Below are positions 45,268-54,314 of a stretch of DNA of 64,000 nt, piece by piece (the stretch's first letter is position 1; each line of letters opens with the position of its first letter). The translations under genes were made by a program, and so were the position numbers. The stretch spans positions 156,228-220,227 of the forward strand of contig MHCJ01000003.1 in NCBI GenBank assembly GCA_001816585.1, in the 5' to 3' direction. Source of the DNA: Candidatus Chisholmbacteria bacterium RIFCSPHIGHO2_01_FULL_52_32 (lineage in GTDB: Bacteria; Patescibacteriota; Microgenomatia; UBA1400; Chisholmbacteraceae). Under the pieces are notes generated by a model. That model was given only the letters and a program-made list of their open reading frames with translations, ran no database searches and was not told the origin of the DNA.

Positions 45268-46089
45268 CTATTCTGTGGGTGATGGAGAGGTATCCGGGAG
45301 TTCTCTCGGTCTTTCGGAGGGAGTACTGGCTTCCGGTTCTTCCTGAAGCGATTCTTCTCCCCCTTGGGGCGCAAGAAGGTGGATGTTGACAAGGGTGGGG
45401 GATTGCCCTTTCGCGCTTTCGGTTTTTACGATAGCGACGGCCCGTCGTCCCTCGACGAGGTCATCTGTTGAGGCTTTTTTCACCGCTCCCCCTTCTGCAG
45501 TTGTGAGGATCGTGTCTTTCGTGAGTAGAGCTGTGAGGGTTTCTTGGGTTGGGAGTTCACCGGTGAGGAGATCTTTCTTCATATCAAACTTGAGGATTTT
45601 GATGAAATGAGGGAGGCGGTCGGCTGGCGGAGGAACCTCTTTCTCCACGATGATGCGCAGGGCCGCGAGGACCTGGTTGCCGTTTAAATGTCCCATCGCT
45701 ACGGTGTAGGAACCGAGCTCAAGGTCCGCGAGCTTTATGGTTTCTCTTTTCGGCATGCGAACAAACGTCGTTTCTGCGGAGACGCTCGCAAGGCGCGGTC
45801 CCTCTCTCGTTTCGATAGTTAAGGTGTGGTTTGCGATCGAGTCGAGGGTGCCAACCCAGGCTCGTTTGAGTTGGAGCGGTTGGTTGTCTTTGGCGGCCTT
45901 TTCCAACCTATCTTTAAGATTTTCTTTGATTTGTTCCTGAGGAATGGATGCATCGGTTGCACTGTCTTCCGTTGCTATTCCTCCTACGAGGTTTGCGCTC
46001 CCGAGGTAAAGGATTAGCGCGATGCATCCAACAAACACTATGATGGGCGAAAGAGACTTGGTTCTTCGATCGTTTCGTGATTTTCTCAT
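45268..46089 (-). CDS. Hypothetical membrane-anchored extracytoplasmic protein
   Basis: 273 aa with an N-terminal TM (IIVFVGCIALILYLG) and a C-terminal Pro/Glu/Ser-rich tail. Confidence 0.5.
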   Translation of the reverse strand: MRKSRNDRRTKSLSPIIVFVGCIALILYLGSANLVGGIATEDSATDASIPQEQIKENLKDRLEKAAKDNQPLQLKRAWVGTLDSIANHTLTIETREGPRLASVSAETTFVRMPKRETIKLADLELGSYTVAMGHLNGNQVLAALRIIVEKEVPPPADRLPHFIKILKFDMKKDLLTGELPTQETLTALLTKDTILTTAEGGAVKKASTDDLVEGRRAVAIVKTESAKGQSPTLVNIHLLAPQGGEESLQEEPEASTPSERPRELPDTSPSPTE

Positions 46090-46520
46090 AATTTGGCTGT
46101 CGAATACACGATGGTGAGCACAGTTTCGGCCTTTTTCCCTTCCGAATCAAAGGCGGTGATTGCAAGGTCGTTGGCGCCTCCCACGAGGGAGACGGCTGTA
46201 CTGAACTTGCCGCTCGCATCGGCTGTCAGCAGGTATTCATTCTCCTCGGCGATGATGGTTACCACCGAGTTCGGAGAGGTTACACCGGCTACCGTGATTT
46301 CATCCTGATCAACGAGGCTATTATTTTCCGGTTCACTGATGGAAAGGCTTTGAGTGGTTTGTTCGGGAGACTCAGCAGGGACGGGCGCCGTTTCAACCAC
46401 CTCGGCGGGTGGTTTCGTTTTGTTTTCTTTGATTGCTTTCCTGGCAGTGTACACCCCGAAAGCGACAAGAATTCCGATTCCGATGCCAACGAGGATGACG
46501 ATGACAATTTCTTTCCGCAT
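46086..46520 (-). CDS. Membrane-anchored protein with a bacterial Ig-like domain
   Basis: Start chosen at the MRKEIVIVILVGIGIGILVAF ATG at 46520, because the longer ORF-track version would overlap the divergent MBL gene. The C-terminal beta-rich segment is ITVAGVTSPNSVVTI...ADASGKFSTAVSLVGGANDLAITAFD. Confidence 0.55.
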   Translation of the reverse strand: MRKEIVIVILVGIGIGILVAFGVYTARKAIKENKTKPPAEVVETAPVPAESPEQTTQSLSISEPENNSLVDQDEITVAGVTSPNSVVTIIAEENEYLLTADASGKFSTAVSLVGGANDLAITAFDSEGKKAETVLTIVYSTAKL

Positions 46521-46692
46521 AGATGGGGTGTCAGGATATTGGCCGTTCCGGCAGAACAGGAGGATAGCGGAGGGTACTCTAACAAATGAGTCTCGTATTG
46601 TCAAGAAAACCGGGCTGTGATAGGATGCAAGATAGTTTAAAGTGTAAAGTTCAAAGTGAAAAGTTTGTCTTCCTGTCTTTTCACTGACAATC

Positions 46693-47355
46693 ATGGACAT
46701 TACGTACCTTGGGCACAGCTGTTTTAAGCTTCGCGGGAGAGAAGCGAGCTTAGTCACCGATCCCTATGCGTCTTCGGTTGGCTTTGCCATGCCGCGCGTC
46801 TCTGCTGACATCGTAACGGTATCTCATTTCCATAAGGATCACTGCTACACCTCGGGCGTGTCCGGCACCGCGCGCCGAACAGAACCGTTTTTGATTCAAG
46901 CTCCCGGAGAATATGAAATCTCCGGCATCTCTGTGTTCGGCGTGTCCTGCTTCCATGACGGGAAAAGTGGGACAGAAAGAGGGAAGAATACCGTTTTTAC
47001 CATTCATGTAGATGACGTTTCGATTGTTCATCTCGGGGATCTGGGGCATCGGCTTTCCGACCAAGAGATAGAGGCGATGGGGAGCTGTGATATCCTGCTT
47101 GTTCCGGTCGGAGGCGTTTATTCCCTTGACCCGAAGGAGGCGATCGAGGTCGTAAACCAGCTTCAACCTGCTGTGGTTATTCCCATGCATTACCGAACAC
47201 CGAAGCATAATCCAAAAGTTTTCGGCAAATTGGCAACCCTTGAAGATTTCCTTCATGAAGGCGGATTTGAGCAGGCAGCGCGAACGGAAAAGTTGACGCT
47301 CGCAAAGGGGAGTCTACCCAGTGAAATGGAAGTGGTGGTGCTAGAGAAAAGTTAA
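46693..47355 (+). CDS. MBL-fold metallo-hydrolase (UPF0173-like)
   Basis: 220 aa with the metal-binding motif VSHFHKDH and downstream HLGD and PMHY motifs. Confidence 0.85.
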   Translation: MDITYLGHSCFKLRGREASLVTDPYASSVGFAMPRVSADIVTVSHFHKDHCYTSGVSGTARRTEPFLIQAPGEYEISGISVFGVSCFHDGKSGTERGKNTVFTIHVDDVSIVHLGDLGHRLSDQEIEAMGSCDILLVPVGGVYSLDPKEAIEVVNQLQPAVVIPMHYRTPKHNPKVFGKLATLEDFLHEGGFEQAARTEKLTLAKGSLPSEMEVVVLEKS

Positions 47356-47440
47356 AAGTGAAAAGTGAAAAGTGAAAAGTTAAAGAGAGAGGAAGAAGCA
47401 CAGGGTGGCGGAGACGGAAGAGTTAAAAGTTTAAAGTTCC
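47352..47440. repeat. Heptamer repeat block (GTTNAAA/GTGAAAA family)
   Basis: Direct reading gives gttaaaa gtgaaaa gtgaaaa gtgaaaa gttaaag ... gttaaaa gtttaaa gtt. Confidence 0.85.
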
Positions 47441-47603
47441 TCCTTCGCTTCAGCCGGCGCTGAAGCTACGGCGGACAGGGAAAAGTTAATATTTTCAAAC
47501 AAAGTCAACAAAAGAAAACACTTTAAGTCTCGAAATTCCAAGGAAACGTGAAATCGAAGCTTTGGAATTTTTGTTGCTTCAAGCCTTTGAAACTTTGAAA
47601 TTT

Positions 47604-48920
47604 ATGGCTGAAGGTCGCATTCCCCCCCATAGTGATGATGTTGAGCGGTCAGTATTGGGCGCATTCCTTATTGATCGAGAAGCGATCATTGAGGTTGCGG
47701 AATTTTTACGGCCTGAACATTTCTACGATGAGTCGCACCGGCGGATTTACCGTTCGGCGCTCGATCTCTACGAATCCGGTAAGCCGATCGACCTGGTTAC
47801 CATATCAGAGCGACTTCGGCAGCAGAAAAATCTTGCCAAAATCGGCGGGTCCTCCTATTTGGCACAACTTGCGGCTGCGGTTCCGACAGCCTCGAATGTG
47901 GAGCAGTACGGGCAGATCGTACGAGATCTAGCAACGAAGCGTGAGCTCATTAACGTTGCCGGTAAACTCGCTGAGTACGCTTTTGATGAAGCACGGCATG
48001 CGACAGAGGCACTCGATTTGGCGGAGCAGCAGATATTCTCGCTCTCCCAGAGGCATATGCAGCGGGTATTTATTCCCATCCGGGATGCTTTGGCGGAGAG
48101 TTTTGATCGACTTGATGAGTTGCACAAGACCGCCGGAGGTCTTCGGGGAGTGTCTACGGGTTTTGCCGACCTGGACGATACGCTCGCCGGAATGCAGAAC
48201 TCGAACCTCCTGATTCTTGCCGGCCGACCGGGATTGGGAAAAACCGCCATGGCGCTCAATATTGCTCAGTTCGTTGCGGTTACCTCGAAGATGCCGGTTG
48301 GGTTTTTTTCCTTGGAGATGAGCCGTGAGGAGTTGGTTGATCGGCTTCTCGTGTCGCAAGCAGATATTGATGCATGGAGGCTCAAGACGGGCAAGCTTAC
48401 CCCGGAGGATTTCGAGCGTCTCTCGAACGCGATGGGAATGTTGGCGGAGGCGCCGCTTTACATCGACGATACGCCGGCCTTGTCTGTTCTTGAGATGCGG
48501 ACCAAGGCCCGCAGGCTTATGGCAGAGGAGGGATTGCGGCTATTGGTGATTGATTATCTTCAGCTTGCTGTCGGAAGGCATTTGGAAAACCGCGTCCAGG
48601 AAGTAACGGAGATCAGCCAGGGCTTGAAAAATTTGGCGCGTGAGTTGAAGTTGCCTATTTTAGCTTTGTCTCAATTGTCGAGGGCAGTGGAACACCGAGG
48701 TTCAAGTCAACCGCAACTGGCGGATCTTCGGGAATCGGGCGCGATTGAGCAAGATGCGGATGTTGTCATGTTCCTTTACCGACAGGATGAAGAGGATCGG
48801 GAAAATCTCAAGCTTTGGGTTGCCAAGCACAGAAACGGGCCCTTACGGACAATTGACCTTCGATTCCGAGGGGACCGGATCCGGTTCTTTGGGACGGAGA
48901 AGAAGAGGGGAGAGAAGTAG
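47604..48920 (+). CDS. dnaB: Replicative DNA helicase DnaB
   Basis: Start chosen at MAEGRIPPHSDDVERSVLGAFLID. Walker A is GRPGLGKTA, with the DnaB H2-H4 motifs (SLEMS; IDYLQL; the SQLSR arginine finger region). Confidence 0.95.
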   Translation: MAEGRIPPHSDDVERSVLGAFLIDREAIIEVAEFLRPEHFYDESHRRIYRSALDLYESGKPIDLVTISERLRQQKNLAKIGGSSYLAQLAAAVPTASNVEQYGQIVRDLATKRELINVAGKLAEYAFDEARHATEALDLAEQQIFSLSQRHMQRVFIPIRDALAESFDRLDELHKTAGGLRGVSTGFADLDDTLAGMQNSNLLILAGRPGLGKTAMALNIAQFVAVTSKMPVGFFSLEMSREELVDRLLVSQADIDAWRLKTGKLTPEDFERLSNAMGMLAEAPLYIDDTPALSVLEMRTKARRLMAEEGLRLLVIDYLQLAVGRHLENRVQEVTEISQGLKNLARELKLPILALSQLSRAVEHRGSSQPQLADLRESGAIEQDADVVMFLYRQDEEDRENLKLWVAKHRNGPLRTIDLRFRGDRIRFFGTEKKRGEK

Positions 48921-49075
48921 TAAAGGGATTTTAGCCCACGGTGGTGCCGAGGGAGGGAGTCCCTCCTTCGCAATACTGCCTTCTCAAGACTGCTATCTAG
49001 CCGTTTTCGAAGCCGTTTGCTTTGGCGGGCAGGCGAACCCACATGAGGTGTGAACCTCACCCCGTGAGATATCTG

Positions 49076-49159
49076 TGGCCAAGGAGAGAGTCGAACTCTC
49101 ATGAGGTTACCCTCACACGATTTTGAGTCGTGCGCGTCTGCCAGTTCCGCCACTTGGCC
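49076..49159 (-). tRNA. tRNA-Leu (anticodon CAA), class II with a long variable arm
   Basis: Minus-strand read: GGCCAAG-TG-GCGG-AACTGGCAG-ACGC-G-CACGA-CTCAAAA-TCGTG-TGAGGGTAACCTCATGA-GAGAG-TTCGACT-CTCTC-CTTGGCC-A. It has a 7-bp acceptor stem, a GAGAG/CTCTC T-stem with a TTCGACT loop, and anticodon loop CUCAAAA. CCA is not encoded. Confidence 0.8.
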
Positions 49160-49315
49160 GTTATCTCACGGGGCGCGTCTGCCCGCCTCGCGTCAACTCG
49201 TCTCCGCGAGTCGAGGCGGGCCAATTCCGCCACCTCGGCCTGGTTATCTATTGGCAATTGGCAAACTGTCTTTCTTCTGGTATTTTACCAAAATATTTTT
49301 TATAATTCTTTCCTT

Positions 49316-49876
49316 ATGATTTCAGTGACTAAACTGCGCGTCGGCGTGACCTTTGAACACCTGGGGGATCCCTGGAGGGTGATCGAATATAAGCATGTCC
49401 ATCTCTCCCGGGGGTCGGGGACGATCACGGTTCGGGCGCGGAACCTTCGTACGGGCAATGTTCAGACTCTCGCATTCCGATCTGGCGATCGGGTGGAGGA
49501 TATTTCGGTCGAGCGACGTTTGCTTACTTATCTCTACAAAGATGGGGACTGGTTGGTATTTATGCATCCTAGGAACTTTGAGCAATCCATGGTTCCCTTA
49601 CACGGGGTCGGAGAAGGGATCCGATTCGTGGTGGAAGGGCAGGAGGCATGGGTGCTGTTTTGGGAAGAAAAGCCGCTGGATGTTGAAATTCCCCCTAAAG
49701 TGACTCTTGAGGTCGCGGAGGCCAGTCCCGGCGTTCGGGGTGATACCGTCGCAGGGGCAACAAAGGATGTCGTCCTCATTACGGGCATGCATCTTCGGGT
49801 TCCATTATTCATTCATAAGGGAGACCGTGTGGTTGTGGATACGAGGACCGGGAAGTACGTAGAAAGAGCAAGTTAA
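49316..49876 (+). CDS. efp: Elongation factor P
   Basis: 186 aa, start at MISVTKLRVG. The three OB/KOW-like domains align with EF-P (..TYLYKDGDWLVFMHPRNFEQ.., GDTVAGATK, VDTRTGKYVERAS). The loop residue that aligns with E. coli K34 is Arg, in HLSRGSG. Confidence 0.85.
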   Translation: MISVTKLRVGVTFEHLGDPWRVIEYKHVHLSRGSGTITVRARNLRTGNVQTLAFRSGDRVEDISVERRLLTYLYKDGDWLVFMHPRNFEQSMVPLHGVGEGIRFVVEGQEAWVLFWEEKPLDVEIPPKVTLEVAEASPGVRGDTVAGATKDVVLITGMHLRVPLFIHKGDRVVVDTRTGKYVERAS

Positions 49877-49990
49877 AAGTTAAAAGTGAAAAGTTATAAA
49901 TTACAATTTAAAATTTAATATTTCTCTGTCAACTTGGAACTTTAAACTGCAACTTTGAATTTTGCACTTTAAACTTTAAATTTATTGACC
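49862..49990. repeat. Inverted heptamer-repeat block: (GTTNAAA)n then reverse-complement units, then GACCCTG repeats
   Basis: The forward part is gttaaaa gttaaaa gtgaaaa gttataa attacaa tttaaaa. The reverse part is aacttgg aacttta aactgca actttga attttgc actttaa actttaa. It has the same architecture as 36006-36145. Confidence 0.85.
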
Positions 49991-50020
49991 CTGGACCCTG
50001 AGAAGCTACAAGCTAAAAAG

Positions 50021-50455
50021 CTATTTTGTGATGAGAAGAAGGAAGAAGACGAGGATAACTTGGACCAGCAGGCCGTCGGGGAAGGGTAGCTTTTGATGGA
50101 GAATATGTTGGATGGTTTTGACCCAGGAAAATGGGGGGAATCTCCAGCGAAAGATGACATACGGAGCCTCGATCCAGTCGGGAAGTTGGGCCGAGAACAT
50201 GGTGAGGAAGAGGAGTAGGGGGGAAACCGTTCTTGGGATGAGTAAAAAACCGACCGTAAATCCTATCACTGCATCGAGAAGAGAATAGAGGATTACCCGG
50301 TTCCTTCCCCTGTTTTTATGGCGAGTTCTTAAATCCCAGTGGGGAACACAGTCAAGGAGCGGGTGGGACAACAGCGCAGCAACGACACCGATTGCGGGAG
50401 AAGGGGCAAGATTGGCAATGGCGGCTCCGGCTATGGCGTGGGTTGCTGCCAGCAT
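50021..50455 (-). CDS. YdjM-like membrane-bound metal-dependent hydrolase (DUF457) candidate
   Basis: 144 aa and multi-TM. The N-terminus MLAATHAIAGAAIA...LSHPLLDCVPHWD resembles the DUF457 His/Asp motif arrangement. Confidence 0.45.
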   Translation of the reverse strand: MLAATHAIAGAAIANLAPSPAIGVVAALLSHPLLDCVPHWDLRTRHKNRGRNRVILYSLLDAVIGFTVGFLLIPRTVSPLLLFLTMFSAQLPDWIEAPYVIFRWRFPPFSWVKTIQHILHQKLPFPDGLLVQVILVFFLLLITK

Positions 50456-50530
50456 AAGGGGAGTTTAGGACACTTGTAGCTTTTCTGTCAAATGGGTTTT
50501 TCTGTTTTTTGGTATAGTCTTGTATAGGGT

Positions 50531-51421
50531 ATGTATCCTGTTTTGTTTTCTCTGGGGAAAATTTCAATGTTCACATTTGGCATTTTTGCATCTCTGGGTT
50601 TTTTCTTTGCCAGCTTCGTCATCTGGAAGCGGGCTCGGGAAACCCATTTTTCCGAAGAGGAGATTTTTGATGCCATCCTTTTGGTTGCCCTCTCGGGGGT
50701 GTTTGGAGCACGGCTCCTGTATGTTCTCCTTCACTTCCCCCGCTTCGGTTTTCAGCTCCTCAATTGGTTTTCGATCTTCCGTGTTCCCGGCATGACCTTC
50801 TTTGGAGGGCTGGCGCTCGGGGTAGTCTCGCTTTTCTTTCTTGCCCGTCGAAAACATTGGGATTTCTTTGAGATATCCGACATTTTTGTCACCGGGATTG
50901 CCCTGGGGCAGGCAATTGGGTGGTTGGGAGCCTTCTTTGCCGGGACGGGGGTTGGGAGGGAATCGAAGATCGGCCTGGTTTTCCCCGGATACGAAACGGC
51001 TCGACTCCCAACGCAGTTGATTTGGGTCGTGGGAGCCTTAGGCTTGTTTATTTTTCTCTGGAGGGTTGAGCAGCGCTACCGCATTTTTGAGTGGTACCGG
51101 GCTGGAAAAGTCTCTGCCGCAAGCGGGTTTTTAACCTTTTCCTACCTGGTAGGGTTAGGAGTCCTTGCAACACTCGTTTCTCTTTTTACCGGGGCTCGTG
51201 TATACTTGACGGTGCCCATTGAGCTTTTCACCGGTGTTGTTACTACCAGCATCGGTATCGGTGGACTCTACATTCGAAGCGGAAGGGACCTTCGGGAGGA
51301 CGGGAGGAAGATGTCCGATTCATTTAAGCGCGGAGTCCGAAACGGGTTCGTTTCCATGAAGCAATTAGGACGAAAGCTGCGGGCCCCCCTTGGACGCACA
51401 AAAAACAAGCCATTTTCCTGA
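50531..51421 (+). CDS. lgt: Prolipoprotein diacylglyceryl transferase
   Basis: 296 aa. The N-terminus is the canonical MYPVLFSLGKISMFTFGIFASLGFFFA, and the Lgt signature G-x-x-R region is present (FGARLLYVLLHF). Confidence 0.9.
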   Translation: MYPVLFSLGKISMFTFGIFASLGFFFASFVIWKRARETHFSEEEIFDAILLVALSGVFGARLLYVLLHFPRFGFQLLNWFSIFRVPGMTFFGGLALGVVSLFFLARRKHWDFFEISDIFVTGIALGQAIGWLGAFFAGTGVGRESKIGLVFPGYETARLPTQLIWVVGALGLFIFLWRVEQRYRIFEWYRAGKVSAASGFLTFSYLVGLGVLATLVSLFTGARVYLTVPIELFTGVVTTSIGIGGLYIRSGRDLREDGRKMSDSFKRGVRNGFVSMKQLGRKLRAPLGRTKNKPFS

Positions 51422-51433
51422 GAGAGGAGTATT

Positions 51434-51814
51434 ATGCGGGCTGTAAAGCGAATGTTTGCGTTTCCGGCTCAGGTTCTGGCGCCGATTCGACAATACCTCT
51501 TATCAGCGAAGAAACGGCTGGAGCTTAGGAGACGCACGATTCGTTCAGAGGATCCGTTCTCGAATCCCGATCGGGTTGATGATAATGCTGCTACGGATGC
51601 CGATGCGGCCGAGATTTCCGGGCATGATCGCGCCGAGGCACTTCGTTATGAGGTTGATCGGCGGTTGATTACCATTCGAAAAGCCCTTACCAAAATAAAA
51701 ATTGGGAGGTACGGGTTGTGCGAGAACTGCGGAAAGATGATTGATACCGACAGACTTGCCGTCAACCCCATGGCCGAGTTGTGTATGGATTGCGAGAAGA
51801 AGAGGAAGAGGTGA
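51434..51814 (+). CDS. DksA/TraR-family C4 zinc-finger protein
   Basis: 126 aa with a C-terminal CENCGKMI...CMDCEKK four-Cys zinc finger, preceded by a coiled-coil. Confidence 0.8.
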   Translation: MRAVKRMFAFPAQVLAPIRQYLLSAKKRLELRRRTIRSEDPFSNPDRVDDNAATDADAAEISGHDRAEALRYEVDRRLITIRKALTKIKIGRYGLCENCGKMIDTDRLAVNPMAELCMDCEKKRKR

Positions 51815-52230
51815 GGCTTCGGGGCATCGGTTTGTCGTTGGCTTTTTTGTCCCTCGTTGTCGTAGCAGATCAATTGTCAAAGTGGCTTGCCGTCTGGATG
51901 GATTTCGGGTTTACCGAGAACCGCGGGATTGCGTTCGGGCTGTTTCCATCCTTTGACTGGGTTTTCCTTCTTGCTGCTGTGGTTCTTGGGCTTGGTTGGT
52001 TCTTGCGAGTAAAAAAGTTCTCTTCTCCCCTCACTTCGGTTGGACTGGGACTTTTTATTGGAGGCGGCTCCAGTAATCTTGTCGATCGCGTCGTCCGGGG
52101 GAGCGTCTTCGATTTCCTCTGGATTGGGATTGGGCCCCGGTTTAACTTGGCTGATTTCGCCATCACTTTCGGTTTGGCGCTTCTGTCCTGGTCAATTCTG
52201 GTTGGGAAGGATAGAGTGAAAGCACAATGA
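51811..52230 (+). CDS. lspA: Lipoprotein signal peptidase (signal peptidase II)
   Basis: LspA motifs ENRGIAFG, the SS region of FIGGGSSNLVDR, and FNLADFAI. The start is ambiguous. A GTG at 51811 gives a 4-nt overlap with the dksA-like stop, while the ORF track uses an upstream GTG at 51781. Confidence 0.85.
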   Translation: MRLRGIGLSLAFLSLVVVADQLSKWLAVWMDFGFTENRGIAFGLFPSFDWVFLLAAVVLGLGWFLRVKKFSSPLTSVGLGLFIGGGSSNLVDRVVRGSVFDFLWIGIGPRFNLADFAITFGLALLSWSILVGKDRVKAQ

Positions 52231-52976
52231 TCTCCCCGACGGTTGTTTACGAAGATGAGGTTCTTTGTGTCATCAACAAGCCTGCCGGGATGGTGGTCAA
52301 CCGGTCGTCGACCGCTCCGGAGGAGACCGTCCAGGATTGGGTTGAGGCGAGACCATTTTTTTCCTCCCAGAAGACGGGGTATACGCCCCCTAATACCTAT
52401 TTTTCGGATCGGAGCGGGATCGTGCACCGACTCGATAAGGAGACCAGCGGTGTCTTGGTAGTGGCAAAAACTCCCGAAGCATTTTCAGGTCTTTTGGCGC
52501 AGTTTCGGGAACGCAAGGTCACAAAGACGTATCTTGCTTTGGTACACGGAATGCTTGAGCCGAAGGTTGGGGACGTACGTTTGCCATTGGCCCGCAACCC
52601 CCGTGATCGAAAGCGATTCGCGGTTTCCGCCTTCGGCAAGCTGTCACATACCGCGTGGAAGGTGGTTCGTGTTTACCATGAGTGCGTGAAGCCTGGCGTT
52701 CGTACCAAAGGATATCAAGGGTTTTCCCTGGTTGAGGTCGAACCGCAGACGGGACGTACCCATCAGATACGGGTTCATTTTTCCCACCTCGGACATCCGG
52801 TGGTTTCTGATCAGCGGTACGCCGGACGACGAGCCCGGGAAGACAGTCTGTGGTGCCCACGGCAATTTTTGCACGCTTTTCGGATCTCATTCTTTCATCC
52901 TGTCCGTGGAGTGCGGTTGGAGTTTGAGGCGGAGTTACCAGCGGATCTCAAAACGGCGTTGACATTACTTCGGTAA
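52227..52976 (+). CDS. rluD: RluA-family 23S rRNA pseudouridine synthase (RluD-like)
   Basis: 249 aa. VINKPAGMVV and the catalytic Asp motif HRLDKETSGVLVVAK are present. It follows lspA, as in the conserved lspA-rluD pair. Confidence 0.9.
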   Translation: MISPTVVYEDEVLCVINKPAGMVVNRSSTAPEETVQDWVEARPFFSSQKTGYTPPNTYFSDRSGIVHRLDKETSGVLVVAKTPEAFSGLLAQFRERKVTKTYLALVHGMLEPKVGDVRLPLARNPRDRKRFAVSAFGKLSHTAWKVVRVYHECVKPGVRTKGYQGFSLVEVEPQTGRTHQIRVHFSHLGHPVVSDQRYAGRRAREDSLWCPRQFLHAFRISFFHPVRGVRLEFEAELPADLKTALTLLR

Positions 52977-52985
52977 AATACATGA

Positions 52986-54155
52986 TTGATGCTTAAGGGT
53001 TTCTCTTTTTCGGTTGTTGTAAAGGCTCATAAGACCCGGGCCAGGGCCGGGGAGCTCTATACGCCGCACGGGTTGGTTCGTACGCCGGTGTTTATGCCCG
53101 TCGGGACCGCCGGGTCGGTAAAGGCTCTGGCTCCGGGAGATCTTTCGGACGCCGGTGTTCAAATTCTCTTGGGAAATACATACCATCTCTATTTACGGCC
53201 CGGAGATACTGCAGTCCGCAGGCTCGGGGGCTTGCACCGATTTATGGCATGGACGGGACCGATTCTGACGGACTCCGGAGGATACCAGGTTTCATCCCTG
53301 GGTAAATTCCGGGATGAGGGATTTCCGGTCATGTCACGGATTGATGATCATGGCGTGACCTTTAAATCCCATCTTGACGGGAGTATGCACCGCTTTACTC
53401 CAGAAAAAGCCATACGGATTCAAGAGAACCTTGGGGCCGATATCATCATGGCATTTGATGAGGCAACACCGGCACGGGGCAAGGCATATGCTCGGCACGC
53501 CATGGAACGGACCCACCGCTGGCTTGATCGGTGTGTTTCCGAATGGAAGAAGTGTGAGGAACGAAAGCAGGGAAAAGCTTTGCCTCAGGCGCTTTTCGGG
53601 ATCATCCAAGGCGGTAATTATCGGGATCTCCGGTGCGAGTCCGCAGAGTTTGTAGTCTCGAGAGACCTGATGGGAATTGCCATCGGTGGAGCCTCAATCG
53701 GAAAAAATCCTGAGGAAACAGCCGAAAATGTTTCGTGGGTTGCCGATTTGTTGCCCTCCAACAACCCGCTTTATCTCATGGGAGTTGGCGTTAATCCCGA
53801 GGATGTGATCGGCGCCGTTCTCTGCGGAGCGGACCTCATCGATTGTGTGGCTCCGACCAGGCTAGCGCGGATGGGGCATTTGTACAGCGGCAAGCTACGG
53901 GGGAAAGCAGGGAAGTGGGGTTTTACCTCGGAGTTTTCCAGAGGGAGGCTGAATATCGACCAGGCGCGATTCCGACTTGACGACCACGTTATTGATGAAG
54001 GCTGCGATTGTTATACCTGTGCTATGGGGTTTTCGCGGGCATACCTACACCATCTGTTTCGAAGCAGGGAACTTCTGTATTACCGCCTGGCCAGTCTCCA
54101 TAACGTGCGGTTCATGGTGCGGCTGACGGAGGGGTTGCGGCGGACTATTGTCTAG
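52986..54155 (+). CDS. tgt: Queuine tRNA-ribosyltransferase (tRNA-guanine transglycosylase)
   Basis: 389 aa. The motifs are TPVFMPVGT, LLGNTYHLYLRPG and DSGGYQV, and the zinc site is CDCYTCAMGFSRAYLHHL. Confidence 0.9.
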   Translation: MMLKGFSFSVVVKAHKTRARAGELYTPHGLVRTPVFMPVGTAGSVKALAPGDLSDAGVQILLGNTYHLYLRPGDTAVRRLGGLHRFMAWTGPILTDSGGYQVSSLGKFRDEGFPVMSRIDDHGVTFKSHLDGSMHRFTPEKAIRIQENLGADIIMAFDEATPARGKAYARHAMERTHRWLDRCVSEWKKCEERKQGKALPQALFGIIQGGNYRDLRCESAEFVVSRDLMGIAIGGASIGKNPEETAENVSWVADLLPSNNPLYLMGVGVNPEDVIGAVLCGADLIDCVAPTRLARMGHLYSGKLRGKAGKWGFTSEFSRGRLNIDQARFRLDDHVIDEGCDCYTCAMGFSRAYLHHLFRSRELLYYRLASLHNVRFMVRLTEGLRRTIV

Positions 54156-54314
54156 CGAACAAACAGAGAAGGTAGCCGGTAATTACCCTGTACTTCAAGC
54201 GAGAAGCTGTGATCCTTTCATAGGTTTACCAAGGCCTATGTGACTGGCGAAATTTGTTCCGCGCTCTCCTTCTGAAGGTTCCAATGTACGAAACTCGTAT
54301 GATACGATAGAACT

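Noticed and set aside
49161-49245. Second tRNA immediately upstream of tRNA-Leu on the minus strand
   Set aside because: The segment shares only the first ~20 nt (GGCCRAG-TGGCGGAAYTGGC) with the tRNA. It has no T-arm (no TTCGA loop) and folds as a single long hairpin. It is treated as a partial duplicate, not a gene.
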